Below, in pieces: positions 37,012 to 46,676 of a stretch of DNA of 64,000 bases. The notes under the pieces were generated by a model. That model searched no databases and had not been told where the DNA came from. It worked only from the letters and a program-made list of their open reading frames with translations. The position numbers and the translations under genes were made by a program. Positions within the stretch are counted from its first letter, which is position 1. Each line of letters opens with the position of its first letter. The stretch is from Candidatus Latescibacterota bacterium (lineage in GTDB: Bacteria > Latescibacterota > UBA2968): assembly GCA_965205975.1 (NCBI GenBank), contig OZ242195.1, positions 384,001 to 448,000 of the forward strand, in the 5' to 3' direction.

Positions 37012-38052
37012 TTAGGGTAAAAACACGACGCCCAGTGCAGCGTTGGGATTCTGAATGAGTTCTTCACATGCTTCAGGTGCGTCATCCAATGCAACCCGAT
37101 GTGTGATAAGGGGGGATACTTTTAAGTGTCCGGTATCCAGAAAGCGCAAGCATTCTTCTAAATTTCGCTTTGTTGTCCACTGCATAAAAACGGGTGGATA
37201 GTCTGCGCCGTGTTCCCATTCCTCGTCGTGATAGCCCGGTCCTGTGCGTGCGGCACTGCGTACATCCAGATTGCCCAATGCGGCGGCAAAACCGTGTTCT
37301 ATTCGGGCGCCACCCACAATGACTATGCGTCCCATCAAGTGTGTGTCGGGTGCTTTTTTGATCATTTTGCTAAGTGTGGTAAAGGCCGGCGTGCCATCGC
37401 CACCAAAGGCAATTACACCGCCATCGATACCATAACCGCGCGTAAAAGTACGGGATACTTCTACCGGGTCTTCCTCTGTGATATTGACCCCGCGCATCAA
37501 GCCACAGGTAGCGGCTTTTTTAAGACGCATGGGCAATTGGTCCAGACCCATTACATAACATCCCGAAATGCGTGCCCATTGGCAGGTGAATTGTCCCACA
37601 AGCCCCAGGCCCGCCACGGCAATGTGTTCGCTGAGTTGGAATGCGCCGCGCCGCACGGCATTTAAGGCGGTTGCGACCAGATGAATAGACGAGGCGTCTT
37701 CATCGCTGACGCCATCGGGAATGGGCACTGCCATATTGCGCGGTACACAGGCATGGGTTGCATGTTGGGCATATCCGCCCCCCATACAGGCCACGCGCGT
37801 CCCAAGCGGTATGTCTTCACACCCCGCGCCTTGCGCCACGACCACGCCAGCATTGGAATATCCAAACGGGCGCGGTGCGGCATCTGATGGGTTTTCCCGT
37901 CGCCTTTTCACCCCACCCAATTCTGTGCCGGGACTGACCATGCTCGCCGTGACTTCTATTTGAACCTGGCCTGGATTCGGGTCTGCAATCGGTTCTTCGA
38001 TGACCGAAATTCCGCCTTGGCCGTCAATTGCCGCTACTTTTCGCATTGCCAT
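37012..38052 (-). CDS. MDR family dehydrogenase lacking canonical Zn-binding Cys
   Basis: VSPGTEL, GYSNAG, GLGLVGQ, LITHR. Confidence 0.85.
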   Translation of the reverse strand: MAMRKVAAIDGQGGISVIEEPIADPNPGQVQIEVTASMVSPGTELGGVKRRRENPSDAAPRPFGYSNAGVVVAQGAGCEDIPLGTRVACMGGGYAQHATHACVPRNMAVPIPDGVSDEDASSIHLVATALNAVRRGAFQLSEHIAVAGLGLVGQFTCQWARISGCYVMGLDQLPMRLKKAATCGLMRGVNITEEDPVEVSRTFTRGYGIDGGVIAFGGDGTPAFTTLSKMIKKAPDTHLMGRIVIVGGARIEHGFAAALGNLDVRSAARTGPGYHDEEWEHGADYPPVFMQWTTKRNLEECLRFLDTGHLKVSPLITHRVALDDAPEACEELIQNPNAALGVVFLP

Positions 38053-38060
38053 TAGTGTCC

Positions 38061-38855
38061 TCACATTGCCACAATTTGTTTCATGCGTTTTGCCATCTCA
38101 ATTTGCACATCTCGGTCGCCGCCTACTTCGTGGATGACATATCGGTCATAGCCAATATCGCGCAACCCCTTCATGACTTCTGCCCAATCCGTATCCCCAT
38201 CCATCAGGGGTACAAAATTGCGTTGCTGACGAACAAAGTCCTTAAAATGTACCCGTTTAATGCGGTGTTGAAGCCCGCGAATCCAGTGCTCTGGATAGCC
38301 GTAAAACATCATATTGGCTGTATCGAGATAAATTCCGACCCAATCGTTGCCCACGGCATCGACAAACTCGCGCGCTTCTTTGGGGTTGAGTAAGAACTTA
38401 TTCCACACATTCTCTATGCCAACTGCAACGCCTTTTTCCTCGGCATAAGGGGCGATTTCTTTCATCGAGACCAGAAAATCATCCCATGCGTCTTCATAGG
38501 TACCATCAACCGGGAGTTGACCTGGATGGAGTAATACCGCGTCGGTTTCGACCAGATGCGCCACATCAATGGCGCGGCGCAAGCTCTTCATGCCTGCTTC
38601 GCGTTCTGCTGAGTCTCGGCTGAGAAAATTGCCCCGATTATCGTATCTGGCAAGCGCGCTGCTGATTTCAATGCCCGCATCGTCACACCGAGTTTTGACA
38701 TCGCGCACCTCGTTGTCACTCATATCTACATTTGGATCACCATCTGGTGAAAATACCAGTTCGATTGCCTCGTAACCCGCATCACAGCACAATTGCAATG
38801 TTTCATCCAGTGTCAGTTTGCCCAGGATAATTTGTGTCACCCCAATCTTCATCAC
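38061..38855 (-). CDS. Sugar phosphate isomerase/epimerase (hexulose-phosphate epimerase-like)
   Basis: IENVWNKFL, YLDTAN, GYPEHWI, HFKDF, GDTDW. Confidence 0.88.
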   Translation of the reverse strand: MMKIGVTQIILGKLTLDETLQLCCDAGYEAIELVFSPDGDPNVDMSDNEVRDVKTRCDDAGIEISSALARYDNRGNFLSRDSAEREAGMKSLRRAIDVAHLVETDAVLLHPGQLPVDGTYEDAWDDFLVSMKEIAPYAEEKGVAVGIENVWNKFLLNPKEAREFVDAVGNDWVGIYLDTANMMFYGYPEHWIRGLQHRIKRVHFKDFVRQQRNFVPLMDGDTDWAEVMKGLRDIGYDRYVIHEVGGDRDVQIEMAKRMKQIVAM

Positions 38856-38909
38856 AGACCTCCATCTGTTTTGGGATAATCAGAAACGCCAGTGTCTCTG
38901 ACCGTAGTT

Positions 38910-40574
38910 TTATTTCTCAACTTCTTCCTTTTCATTTATCTCTGCGAGATCTTTGTGGATTTCGTCCATGAGGATGACCAGATCCAGGATATCTTGGCTT
39001 GTGACCGTGCCCAGAAACTCGTCTGAATCCTCGTCTATAACCGGTATCACTGATAGCGAGTGATCCATCATCCGCTTTAGCACGTCTTCAATTGGTTCAT
39101 TGGGCTGGGCATGGGACGTGTCTGTTTGCAATATCTTGCCAAGCGGTGTGCTCTCCCAGTCCCCCATAGAAATGAGTCTCAGCCGGGCCATCGACATGAT
39201 CCCTGCGACGGTACCTTCATCCACGACCAGATAGTCCTGTTGATTCGGCACGATCCAGTCATCGACAAAATTTCTGACCGAGAGTTCTGAATTGGGATAG
39301 GTGCGTGTCCTGTCCAGAATGTGGTTGACTGTAATGTCCTCTAACGCGCGGCGTGCAAAAGAAAGTGGTACGGTGCGGGGTGGCTTAGCGCGGTGTGTTT
39401 TTCTGGCTTTGTTGACCGCGAAGTCGATTGCTGGTGGCATAAGTATAATGTAGCTGAACATCATCAGCACGAATAGCGAGAAAACATCCTGCCCAATCAC
39501 GCCGCTCTCGAGGAGGACGAGGAGGAGAGCGATCTCCGCCACGCCTTTTGCCATCAGTCCCGTGGACTGGGCGAGGGGATTGTCCAGACGAGCTATATAA
39601 GTACCGATGAAGGCACCGGCGAATTTGCCCAATGACGGGAATACGACCAATGCGACGATGGTCGCGATTGGTAGAGCCGTAAAGGACAGATCCAGGTACA
39701 GGCCAGCTGAGGCAAAGAAAAGTGGGACAAACAAGCCTTCTGCCGCGCTCCGCAGGCCGGGCAGAACATCTTCATGCACCTGACGGGGCAGGCCCGACAG
39801 GGCAGCACCGAAAAGCAGGGCGCCAATAGAGCCGTGCAGATGGATTTTTTCGGCTCCTACTACCATCAGGAAAAGGCCACCGATTATCAGTCCAAACGAC
39901 AGTTCGGGCACGTTCAAAAAACGTTGCAAAAAGATAATTGCATGAGGCAGGAGCCGCGTTGATAGGAACCACGCCACTATTGCGAAAACCGTCATCTGCA
40001 CCAGCAGGAGGAGCACGCTGAAAATACTCAGTTCGTGTTCGTGTTCGCCGATGGAAAAACCGACCACGAGCAGGGCGAGCAACTCGGCGATGATCACTGT
40101 AGTGAATATCTCGAGACCGATGGGTTCTTTGAAGTGTCCTTTGTCGGCGAGTACCTTTGCCACGAGCCCCAGACTGGATAGCGATAGGATACCAGCCAGA
40201 GCCAGTCCCTCTGTGAAATCGAGGTTGAGGGCGAACTCTCCAATTTTGAAGAGGTTAGACGTAAAGACGATGGAGACGAGCAGTGAGATGAGCACTGATA
40301 CAGTCGCTGCAAGAAAAAACCGCCCGCGAATTGTCGCTACAAAGCTCGGTATGTCGATCTCGTCGAGGCCGACCAGAAAGAAGAAGACAAAGATACCGAT
40401 GCCTAAGAAGGTTTGCAGTTCGCTCGTTAGTTCAATTATATTCAAGACGGGACCGAGCAGGGTGCCGGTTATGGTATAGGCAACTATTGAATTTAAGCCG
40501 AAACGCTTAAATATGCCCTCAAAGAGTTTGCCTACGACGATAAGCAGACCAAGGGGTAGTAAGGTGTCAATCAT
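38910..40574 (-). CDS. Cation:proton antiporter (CPA2) with C-terminal CBS pair
   Basis: About 12 TM, FVPLFFASAG, KFAG, MAKGVAE; CBS motifs YLVVDEG..GI and VIPVID...FLGTVT. Confidence 0.88.
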   Translation of the reverse strand: MIDTLLPLGLLIVVGKLFEGIFKRFGLNSIVAYTITGTLLGPVLNIIELTSELQTFLGIGIFVFFFLVGLDEIDIPSFVATIRGRFFLAATVSVLISLLVSIVFTSNLFKIGEFALNLDFTEGLALAGILSLSSLGLVAKVLADKGHFKEPIGLEIFTTVIIAELLALLVVGFSIGEHEHELSIFSVLLLLVQMTVFAIVAWFLSTRLLPHAIIFLQRFLNVPELSFGLIIGGLFLMVVGAEKIHLHGSIGALLFGAALSGLPRQVHEDVLPGLRSAAEGLFVPLFFASAGLYLDLSFTALPIATIVALVVFPSLGKFAGAFIGTYIARLDNPLAQSTGLMAKGVAEIALLLVLLESGVIGQDVFSLFVLMMFSYIILMPPAIDFAVNKARKTHRAKPPRTVPLSFARRALEDITVNHILDRTRTYPNSELSVRNFVDDWIVPNQQDYLVVDEGTVAGIMSMARLRLISMGDWESTPLGKILQTDTSHAQPNEPIEDVLKRMMDHSLSVIPVIDEDSDEFLGTVTSQDILDLVILMDEIHKDLAEINEKEEVEK

Positions 40575-40806
40575 AGGCAAGGTCTCATCAATTGTTGGAG
40601 ATTTAACCAGTCAAGATGGGGTGAATTATACGCGTATTTGATATGAAAAATAAATCGCCTATTAAAAAAAGCAAGCCTTTATCGCGCCCTTGCCTCGCGT
40701 TTATATAATGCTTGACAAGGTACATTTTTTTGGCTATCACATCGTCTTGTTCACGTTGTTCGCAAACCGCCATCACATACAACACAGTAATTCTGGAGAT
40801 TGCGCT

Positions 40807-42117
40807 ATGAGGTACACATGTATTCTATTTGGTCTGATATTTCTCGTTGTGGGCTGTAAACCCGCTGAGTCACCGACACCGATGAAGCGCGCTATCACAA
40901 TATGGTGGGCGCAGTGGGATCCTGCGGATGGGCTTCAGGAATTGGGCAATAAATTCGAACAGGAAACGGGTATTGCCGTTAAAGTCCACCAGATTCCCTG
41001 GCCGTCTTATCAGGATCAGGTTTTTCTCAATTTTGGGAATAATAAAACGGATTTTGACATTGTGATTGGCGATAGTCAGTGGATTGGACGAGGCGCGACG
41101 CGCGATCTTTACGTCGATCTGACCGACTGGTTGCCCACGGCAATTGATATAGACAAAATTCATCCCCGCGCTGCGCGTTATTTGTGCGAATATCCGCCCG
41201 GTGGTGGCAAATTTTACGCCGCGCCCTGCGAGACCGATGCCGTCGGATTTGTCTATCGCAAGGACTGGTTTGAAGACCCTGCCGAGCAAGCGGCATTCAA
41301 ACAGAAATACGGGCGCGACCTGACGATCCCCGACACTTGGGATGAATTCCGCGATCTGGCTGAATTTTTCCATCGTCCAGATGAAAAAAAATACGGTTGC
41401 GCTCTGCTCACCGGCCGAGGGTATGATTCGATGACGATGGGTTTTCAGATGTTTATGTGGGGTTTTGGAGGCTCGTGGGGCGAGTTTGGAGAGTTTGCGG
41501 TGGATGGGTATGTCAATAAACCGGAAGTGGCAGAAGCCCTTGCGTATCTAAAGGAGTTGTTACAATACGGTCCCAATGGCGCGACCAATTTCGACTACGG
41601 TAAAACTTATGAAGCCTTTATCAATGGTTCGACGGCGATGAGCATGAACTATTTCGCCTTTTATCCCGGTATTGTGAAACAAATGGGGGATAGGGCGGGA
41701 TTTTTCATGGTGCCCAAAGCTGGCGATAAGCGCGTGGTGAGTCTGGGTGGACAGGGATTTAGCATTTCGACCAAGACATCCGCAGAGCAACAGGAACTGG
41801 CCAAGCAATTCATCGCGTGGTTCTTGCAAACCGATATTCAAAAAGAATGGATTACCAAAGACGCCGGATTTACCGCCAATACAGATATTCTCAATAGCGA
41901 AGAATTTCGAAATGCATCTCCGTACAACCGCGCTTTTGCAGAATCGCTCGATTATCTCCAGGACTTTTGGAATGCGCCTGTCTATAACGAGTTGCTCGCG
42001 GTTTCACAGCGCTATTTGGGCGAAGCGATTGATGGGGTTACGCCCGCGCAGGAGGCCCTTGACAAAATCGCTGCCGAACACGAGCAGATTTTCAAAGATG
42101 CCGGTTTGTTGAAGTAA
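40807..42117 (+). CDS. Sugar ABC transporter substrate-binding lipoprotein (no adjacent permeases)
   Basis: Lipobox VVGC; FEQETGIAV, YRKDWF, PDTWDEF. Confidence 0.88.
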   Translation: MRYTCILFGLIFLVVGCKPAESPTPMKRAITIWWAQWDPADGLQELGNKFEQETGIAVKVHQIPWPSYQDQVFLNFGNNKTDFDIVIGDSQWIGRGATRDLYVDLTDWLPTAIDIDKIHPRAARYLCEYPPGGGKFYAAPCETDAVGFVYRKDWFEDPAEQAAFKQKYGRDLTIPDTWDEFRDLAEFFHRPDEKKYGCALLTGRGYDSMTMGFQMFMWGFGGSWGEFGEFAVDGYVNKPEVAEALAYLKELLQYGPNGATNFDYGKTYEAFINGSTAMSMNYFAFYPGIVKQMGDRAGFFMVPKAGDKRVVSLGGQGFSISTKTSAEQQELAKQFIAWFLQTDIQKEWITKDAGFTANTDILNSEEFRNASPYNRAFAESLDYLQDFWNAPVYNELLAVSQRYLGEAIDGVTPAQEALDKIAAEHEQIFKDAGLLK

Positions 42118-42146
42118 TCATAACTCAAAAAGGAAAGTACAACTCT

Positions 42147-43181
42147 ATGTCCTCTTTCAAAACGCCTGAAGACATCAAAGTGGGTGTTATCGGCTACGGC
42201 GGCGCATTCAATATGGGCCGTCAGCATCTCACGTTTATGAAAAAGGCGGGTATGACGCCTGTTGCGGTTGCAGAACTCGACGAAAAGCGCTTGAAAGTCG
42301 CGCGCGAAGAATTTCCCGGTATTGAGACCTATACATCTGTGTCTGATATGCTGGAAAAATCCGATGTCAATCTCGTTGTGATCATCACTCCGCACAATAC
42401 CCATGCCGATCTGGCATTGCAATGTCTGCGCGCGGGGCGCCACGTTATCAGCGAAAAACCGCTGGCGATCACGACTGAAGAATGCGATGCGATGATCCGC
42501 GAAGCTGCAAAGCAAGATCTCCTTCTTTCTACCTATCACAACCGCCATTGGGATGGGTGTATCCTGAATGCTCTCGAACAAATTCACTCGCGCAAGGTTA
42601 TTGGCGAGGTCTATCGCATTGAAGCCCATATGGGGGGATATAATCGCCCGGGCGATTGGTGGCGTAGCAGCAAGAGCATTTCTGGGGGGATCCTCTACGA
42701 TTGGGGTGTTCATTTGCTCGAATATTCACTTCAGATTCTGCAATCGGATATTGTAGAGGTCACCGGGTTCGCGCACACCGGTTTCTGGGCTGATGAGACC
42801 CCCTGGCAGGCCGATACCAACGAAGACGAGGCCACGGCTATCGTGCGTTTCAAAAACGGGACATGGATCAATCTCACGATGTCGAGTATGGCATCTGTGC
42901 CTCGCAAGGGCTGGCTCGAGATTACAGGTACGGCCGGTACTTATATTTTTGATGGTGGGACGTACGAAATTTTACAGATAAAAGATGGGGAAAAGGTTGT
43001 TTCCTCTGGTAAAAATCCCGGTCACCAATACGATAAATACTACGATAATATTGCCGCGCATCTCTCGACGGGTGAAGATCTGATCATCACTCCCGAATGG
43101 TCCCGCCGCCCTATTCACATTCTGGACCTTGCCTGCAAAAGCGCAGCGATGGGACAAACGCTGAAGGCGAAGTACGCATAG
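42147..43181 (+). CDS. Gfo/Idh/MocA family oxidoreductase
   Basis: GVIGYGG, TPHNTH, HVISEKP, HNRHWD, GGILYDWGVH. Confidence 0.92.
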   Translation: MSSFKTPEDIKVGVIGYGGAFNMGRQHLTFMKKAGMTPVAVAELDEKRLKVAREEFPGIETYTSVSDMLEKSDVNLVVIITPHNTHADLALQCLRAGRHVISEKPLAITTEECDAMIREAAKQDLLLSTYHNRHWDGCILNALEQIHSRKVIGEVYRIEAHMGGYNRPGDWWRSSKSISGGILYDWGVHLLEYSLQILQSDIVEVTGFAHTGFWADETPWQADTNEDEATAIVRFKNGTWINLTMSSMASVPRKGWLEITGTAGTYIFDGGTYEILQIKDGEKVVSSGKNPGHQYDKYYDNIAAHLSTGEDLIITPEWSRRPIHILDLACKSAAMGQTLKAKYA

Positions 43182-43204
43182 TGCAGGTGTTGGCAAATAC
43201 ACAG

Positions 43205-43248
43205 AAAAAGCGGCCAATGTCTCTCGACAAAGGCCGCTTTCTTTTTTT
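43205..43248. terminator. Bidirectional intrinsic terminator
   Basis: AAAAGCGGCC...GGCCGCTTT plus T-run between convergent genes. Confidence 0.75.
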
Positions 43249-43259
43249 GTTTTTTTGAG

Positions 43260-43982
43260 CTAAATGCCAATTCGCTTTGGGAATACTGTTACCCCCCAAT
43301 TCACGTACCGATCTCGCTCTTCAGGTGTCTCGGCACTCATGCCCACTTTTACAGGTGTGTCTTTTACCTGGTCGAGCACGTGTTTTACGCAGTCTTCCAC
43401 CGTCCGATATGGAAATTGGGGGTGCGCCTCTATGCTGAACATCAGGTCGTTTGGTCCAAAGTTCAATACATCCACCCCTGGTTTAGCCAACTGCGCGGCG
43501 TTGATTACAGCTTCGACAGATTCAATCTGAATTGCCAGCCATCCGTACGCATTCCACCATGCAGCGTATTCCAACCGGTCTGGCCGCTCGTCCAGTCCCA
43601 CTCTATGTACGCCTCCCCAACTGCGCTTGCCCATCTGGGGATAATAAAAGGCGTTTACGGCTTCATCTACAATTGCCTCGCTTTCTACTTCTGGCACCAT
43701 AATCCCCGAAGGTCCCAAATCGAGATAATTGCCGATCAGATAGGCGTGGCGGGTGTGCTTAATCCGAATCTGAACGGGTAAATTAAAATCCCGGGCCATG
43801 ATGCAGAAAGCCACCAGGTGGGCTTCGTTAAAAGGTCCGTGTTGTGCATCTACATTTAGATAGTCACATTCGTGTTGTGCCAGAATATCTGTTAGTTCTC
43901 CTTTTTCAATATCCATTGGCACGCCAATAGAATTTACAATTTCACCATTCCGAATCTGCTGTTTTAGCGTTTGTTCCGACAT
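43260..43982 (-). CDS. HpcH/HpaI aldolase family protein
   Basis: VDAQHGP, LDLG..GIMVPEV, YYPQMGKRS, QIES, FGPNDL. Confidence 0.88.
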   Translation of the reverse strand: MSEQTLKQQIRNGEIVNSIGVPMDIEKGELTDILAQHECDYLNVDAQHGPFNEAHLVAFCIMARDFNLPVQIRIKHTRHAYLIGNYLDLGPSGIMVPEVESEAIVDEAVNAFYYPQMGKRSWGGVHRVGLDERPDRLEYAAWWNAYGWLAIQIESVEAVINAAQLAKPGVDVLNFGPNDLMFSIEAHPQFPYRTVEDCVKHVLDQVKDTPVKVGMSAETPEERDRYVNWGVTVFPKRIGI

Positions 43983-43996
43983 GATACACCTCTTGT

Positions 43997-45100
43997 TCAG
44001 TCCAGGCTGTAGAGTTCCCTGGCATTCTCGGCCATAATTTGTTTTTTTACATTTCGGTCCGATACATGGCTCAATGCCTGATCCGGAGAGTCAAAATCCC
44101 AGTGCGGATAATCGGTCGCAAACATCAGTTTGTCGTCCATGTCCATGTGCGCCAGCATCTGCTCGAAATACGCCGGGTCTGAAGGTTCTTCTACAGGCTG
44201 TGTGGTCAGATAGAAATGGTCTTGGATATATTCCGAGGGCAGGCGCTTTAAATAGGGTACTTCCATCTTGAGTTTTCTGTACCAATTATCCATCCGCCAC
44301 ATCAAAGGTGCCACCCACCCAAAGCCGCCTTCGATCAGAACGATTTTCAAGTCGGGAAATCGCTCAAAGACGCCTTCGTACACATAGCTCGTTACCTGTG
44401 CCTGAAATGCCATGGGCATCCCGCCGTGATCCTGAATATAATGCGCCGCCTTGCCCGCGCCCGTAATTGGGCCAATACCCGTGCCACCAAAGTGAATGCC
44501 GACGGGGAGGTCGTAGTCAACGGCTGCTTCGTAAATTTTCCAGTATTTACGGCGGCCCAACGGTTCCATTGTGCGGGCCATGAACATCAGTTGTACAAAT
44601 CCCGGGTGATCGCCCAGGCGTTCAATTTCAGCGACGGCGAGATCGGCGTCTTCATACGCGACAGTGAGGGATGCGCGCAACCGCTCATCTTTTTCCAGCC
44701 ATTCGGCTATTTGCCATTCATTTACCGCCTGTGCAATCGCAGCTCCGTATTCCAGGTTTTGCTGTCCCCCAGCAGGCGATAGCGGGTTCAATATGCCGTA
44801 GTCCATTTCCCAGGTATCCAGCAATTGTTCCTGCATAAAGCCCAGATGTGACCCAGGGGGTCCTTCGGGGGGGAATGCATCATTTCGCGCGGCAAAGGGC
44901 ACAGCTCTCGGACAATTGGACCCGGATCGTCTGCGCCCTGCAATGCTCAAATGATAATCCTTCCAGGCACTGGGCATATAATCTACCCAGACCTCAGTGG
45001 CGGGAGATTGGTATCCATCTACATTGTGAATATCGCAATCGATTACCGATAGCTTTTCTCTTTTTTTGATCTCTGGCTCTTCTAAGATCGTCATTGCCAT
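43997..45100 (-). CDS. Amidohydrolase_2 fold protein, possible dinuclear oxygenase subunit
   Basis: IDCDIH, GIHFGG, IEGGFGW, TTQPVE, FATDYPHWDFD. Confidence 0.85.
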   Translation of the reverse strand: MAMTILEEPEIKKREKLSVIDCDIHNVDGYQSPATEVWVDYMPSAWKDYHLSIAGRRRSGSNCPRAVPFAARNDAFPPEGPPGSHLGFMQEQLLDTWEMDYGILNPLSPAGGQQNLEYGAAIAQAVNEWQIAEWLEKDERLRASLTVAYEDADLAVAEIERLGDHPGFVQLMFMARTMEPLGRRKYWKIYEAAVDYDLPVGIHFGGTGIGPITGAGKAAHYIQDHGGMPMAFQAQVTSYVYEGVFERFPDLKIVLIEGGFGWVAPLMWRMDNWYRKLKMEVPYLKRLPSEYIQDHFYLTTQPVEEPSDPAYFEQMLAHMDMDDKLMFATDYPHWDFDSPDQALSHVSDRNVKKQIMAENARELYSLD

Positions 45101-45112
45101 ATCGATATCTCC

Positions 45113-46180
45113 TCACAATTTGTAAAACGCGCGTGCATTTTCTCTCAAAATTTTTTCCAGTAGCGAATCGGACAGCCCTTTTGGAATGGCATCATCCGGC
45201 CCGTCAAAATGCCAGTGCGGATAATCGGTCGAAAACATCAGTATTTCATCCGAGTCCAGTTGTCCAATCATTTGCAACAGGTGTTCGGAATTTACGGGCG
45301 CGTCCATCGGTTGTAGTGTCATTCGGATGTGTTCTCGCACGTAGTCAGATGGCGGTCGCACGACCCAGGGGGTGTCTCGGCGCAGACCTTTCCACTCTTT
45401 GTCCATGCGCCACATCCAGGCAGGCATCCAGACAAATCCACTTTCGATTAATACCACCCGCAATTCGGGAAACCGCGCAAACGCGCCTTCTGAGATCAGG
45501 CTCAGGACTTGTGCCTGAAAAATCTGCGCCATATCGGCACATTCTTCAATATAGGTCGAAGGCCAGCCCACGGGTGTGGGAGGGAGCGATGAAGCACCGC
45601 CAAAATGAATGCCAATTGCCAGATCGTGCTTTACTGCAGCGGCGTACATCGGATTGTATTCGCTTTTTCCATATAGAGAATAGGATCGGACCGGGAGTAT
45701 TACCTGTACGAAGCCGGGATGATCGCCAAAGCGTTCAATTTCTCGCGCGGCGAGGATGGGATTCTGGCTGGGTACGACCAATGAGGCGCGGAGACGCGCG
45801 TCTTTCTCCAGCCAGTGATCAATCTGCCACTGGTTGACCGCTGTTGCAAGCGATGCTGCGAGGTCTTCGTTATGCACGCTTTGCACCCAGTAGCCACAGG
45901 TCAAAATCCCCACTTCCACGTCCCAGGGATCGAGTACCTGTTTTTGCATTAGTTCCAGATTGGAACCGGGAGGACCATTTGCGGGCCGAGTGCCTTGCCG
46001 CGCAGATGTGGGTGCGCCACCTGGATAATCATTCGCGCCGGGACCTCTAAAATGGGATTCGCGAATATACGCGACCCAGTGGTCTTCCAGATAAGGGACA
46101 AGGGTTTCCAATGAGGCAAACGCATTGTGAATGTCGCAATCGATAACGGGACGGCCAAGGCCTGTAAAATCAGCGGTCAT
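45113..46180 (-). CDS. Amidohydrolase_2 fold protein, partner subunit
   Basis: IDCDIH, GIHFGG, IESGFVW, TLQPMD, FSTDYPHWHFD. Confidence 0.85.
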   Translation of the reverse strand: MTADFTGLGRPVIDCDIHNAFASLETLVPYLEDHWVAYIRESHFRGPGANDYPGGAPTSARQGTRPANGPPGSNLELMQKQVLDPWDVEVGILTCGYWVQSVHNEDLAASLATAVNQWQIDHWLEKDARLRASLVVPSQNPILAAREIERFGDHPGFVQVILPVRSYSLYGKSEYNPMYAAAVKHDLAIGIHFGGASSLPPTPVGWPSTYIEECADMAQIFQAQVLSLISEGAFARFPELRVVLIESGFVWMPAWMWRMDKEWKGLRRDTPWVVRPPSDYVREHIRMTLQPMDAPVNSEHLLQMIGQLDSDEILMFSTDYPHWHFDGPDDAIPKGLSDSLLEKILRENARAFYKL

Positions 46181-46257
46181 TCTTGCTCCAGCAGAGTGTC
46201 GATCTCGCGGGCGAGGGTTGGTAGATTAGTCTGAATTACATCCCAAACCAGCCGAAT
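46177..46257 (-). pseudogene. C-terminal remnant of HEPN (HepT/DUF86) toxin
   Basis: Alternative frame reads IRLVWDVIQTNLPTLAREIDTLLEQE*, a typical DUF86 C-terminus; no start codon and no RX4HXY motif. Confidence 0.7.
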
Positions 46258-46555
46258 AAATCAGCCTCTTGGTCTTCTCAATAGATTGTCGGAAGTACGG
46301 GTTCTTGATGGCTGAACCAACCACCAGATCCACGGGTTTTCCAAAGAGCCGTTCCAGGGCTTCCAGCAGACCAAAGTAAGTGTCGGCATAAGTACCGTCC
46401 GGTAATGGTTGAAATTCCACTACAAAATCAAGGTCGCTTTCCTTTGGTCGGTATCGACTGGTTGCGGCCGATCCGAACAGGTCAAGTCTAAGCACATTGT
46501 AACGGAGACACAATTGCTCGAGTTCGGCGGCTTGCTCGCCAACGATTGAAGTCAT
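46226..46555 (-). CDS. Minimal nucleotidyltransferase (MNT/MntA) antitoxin
   Basis: LFGSAA...SDLDFVV, PVDLV, IKNPYF; ATG 46555 after AGAGG. Confidence 0.88.
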   Translation of the reverse strand: MTSIVGEQAAELEQLCLRYNVLRLDLFGSAATSRYRPKESDLDFVVEFQPLPDGTYADTYFGLLEALERLFGKPVDLVVGSAIKNPYFRQSIEKTKRLIYSAGLGCNSD

Positions 46556-46676
46556 TATCAGACCTCTTGATTCTGGTGAAGTATAAAATACTGCACCTAC
46601 AATCACTTTATCATCAGTGGACGACAAAAATAGACGGACACACATTATTCGACTGTTGGTGGCGTGTCGGTAGTTC

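Noticed and set aside
46556..46676. Integron attC site after the GmrSD-like gene
   Set aside because: No convincing RYYYAAC/GTTRRRY pair with internal palindrome, and no integrase in the window
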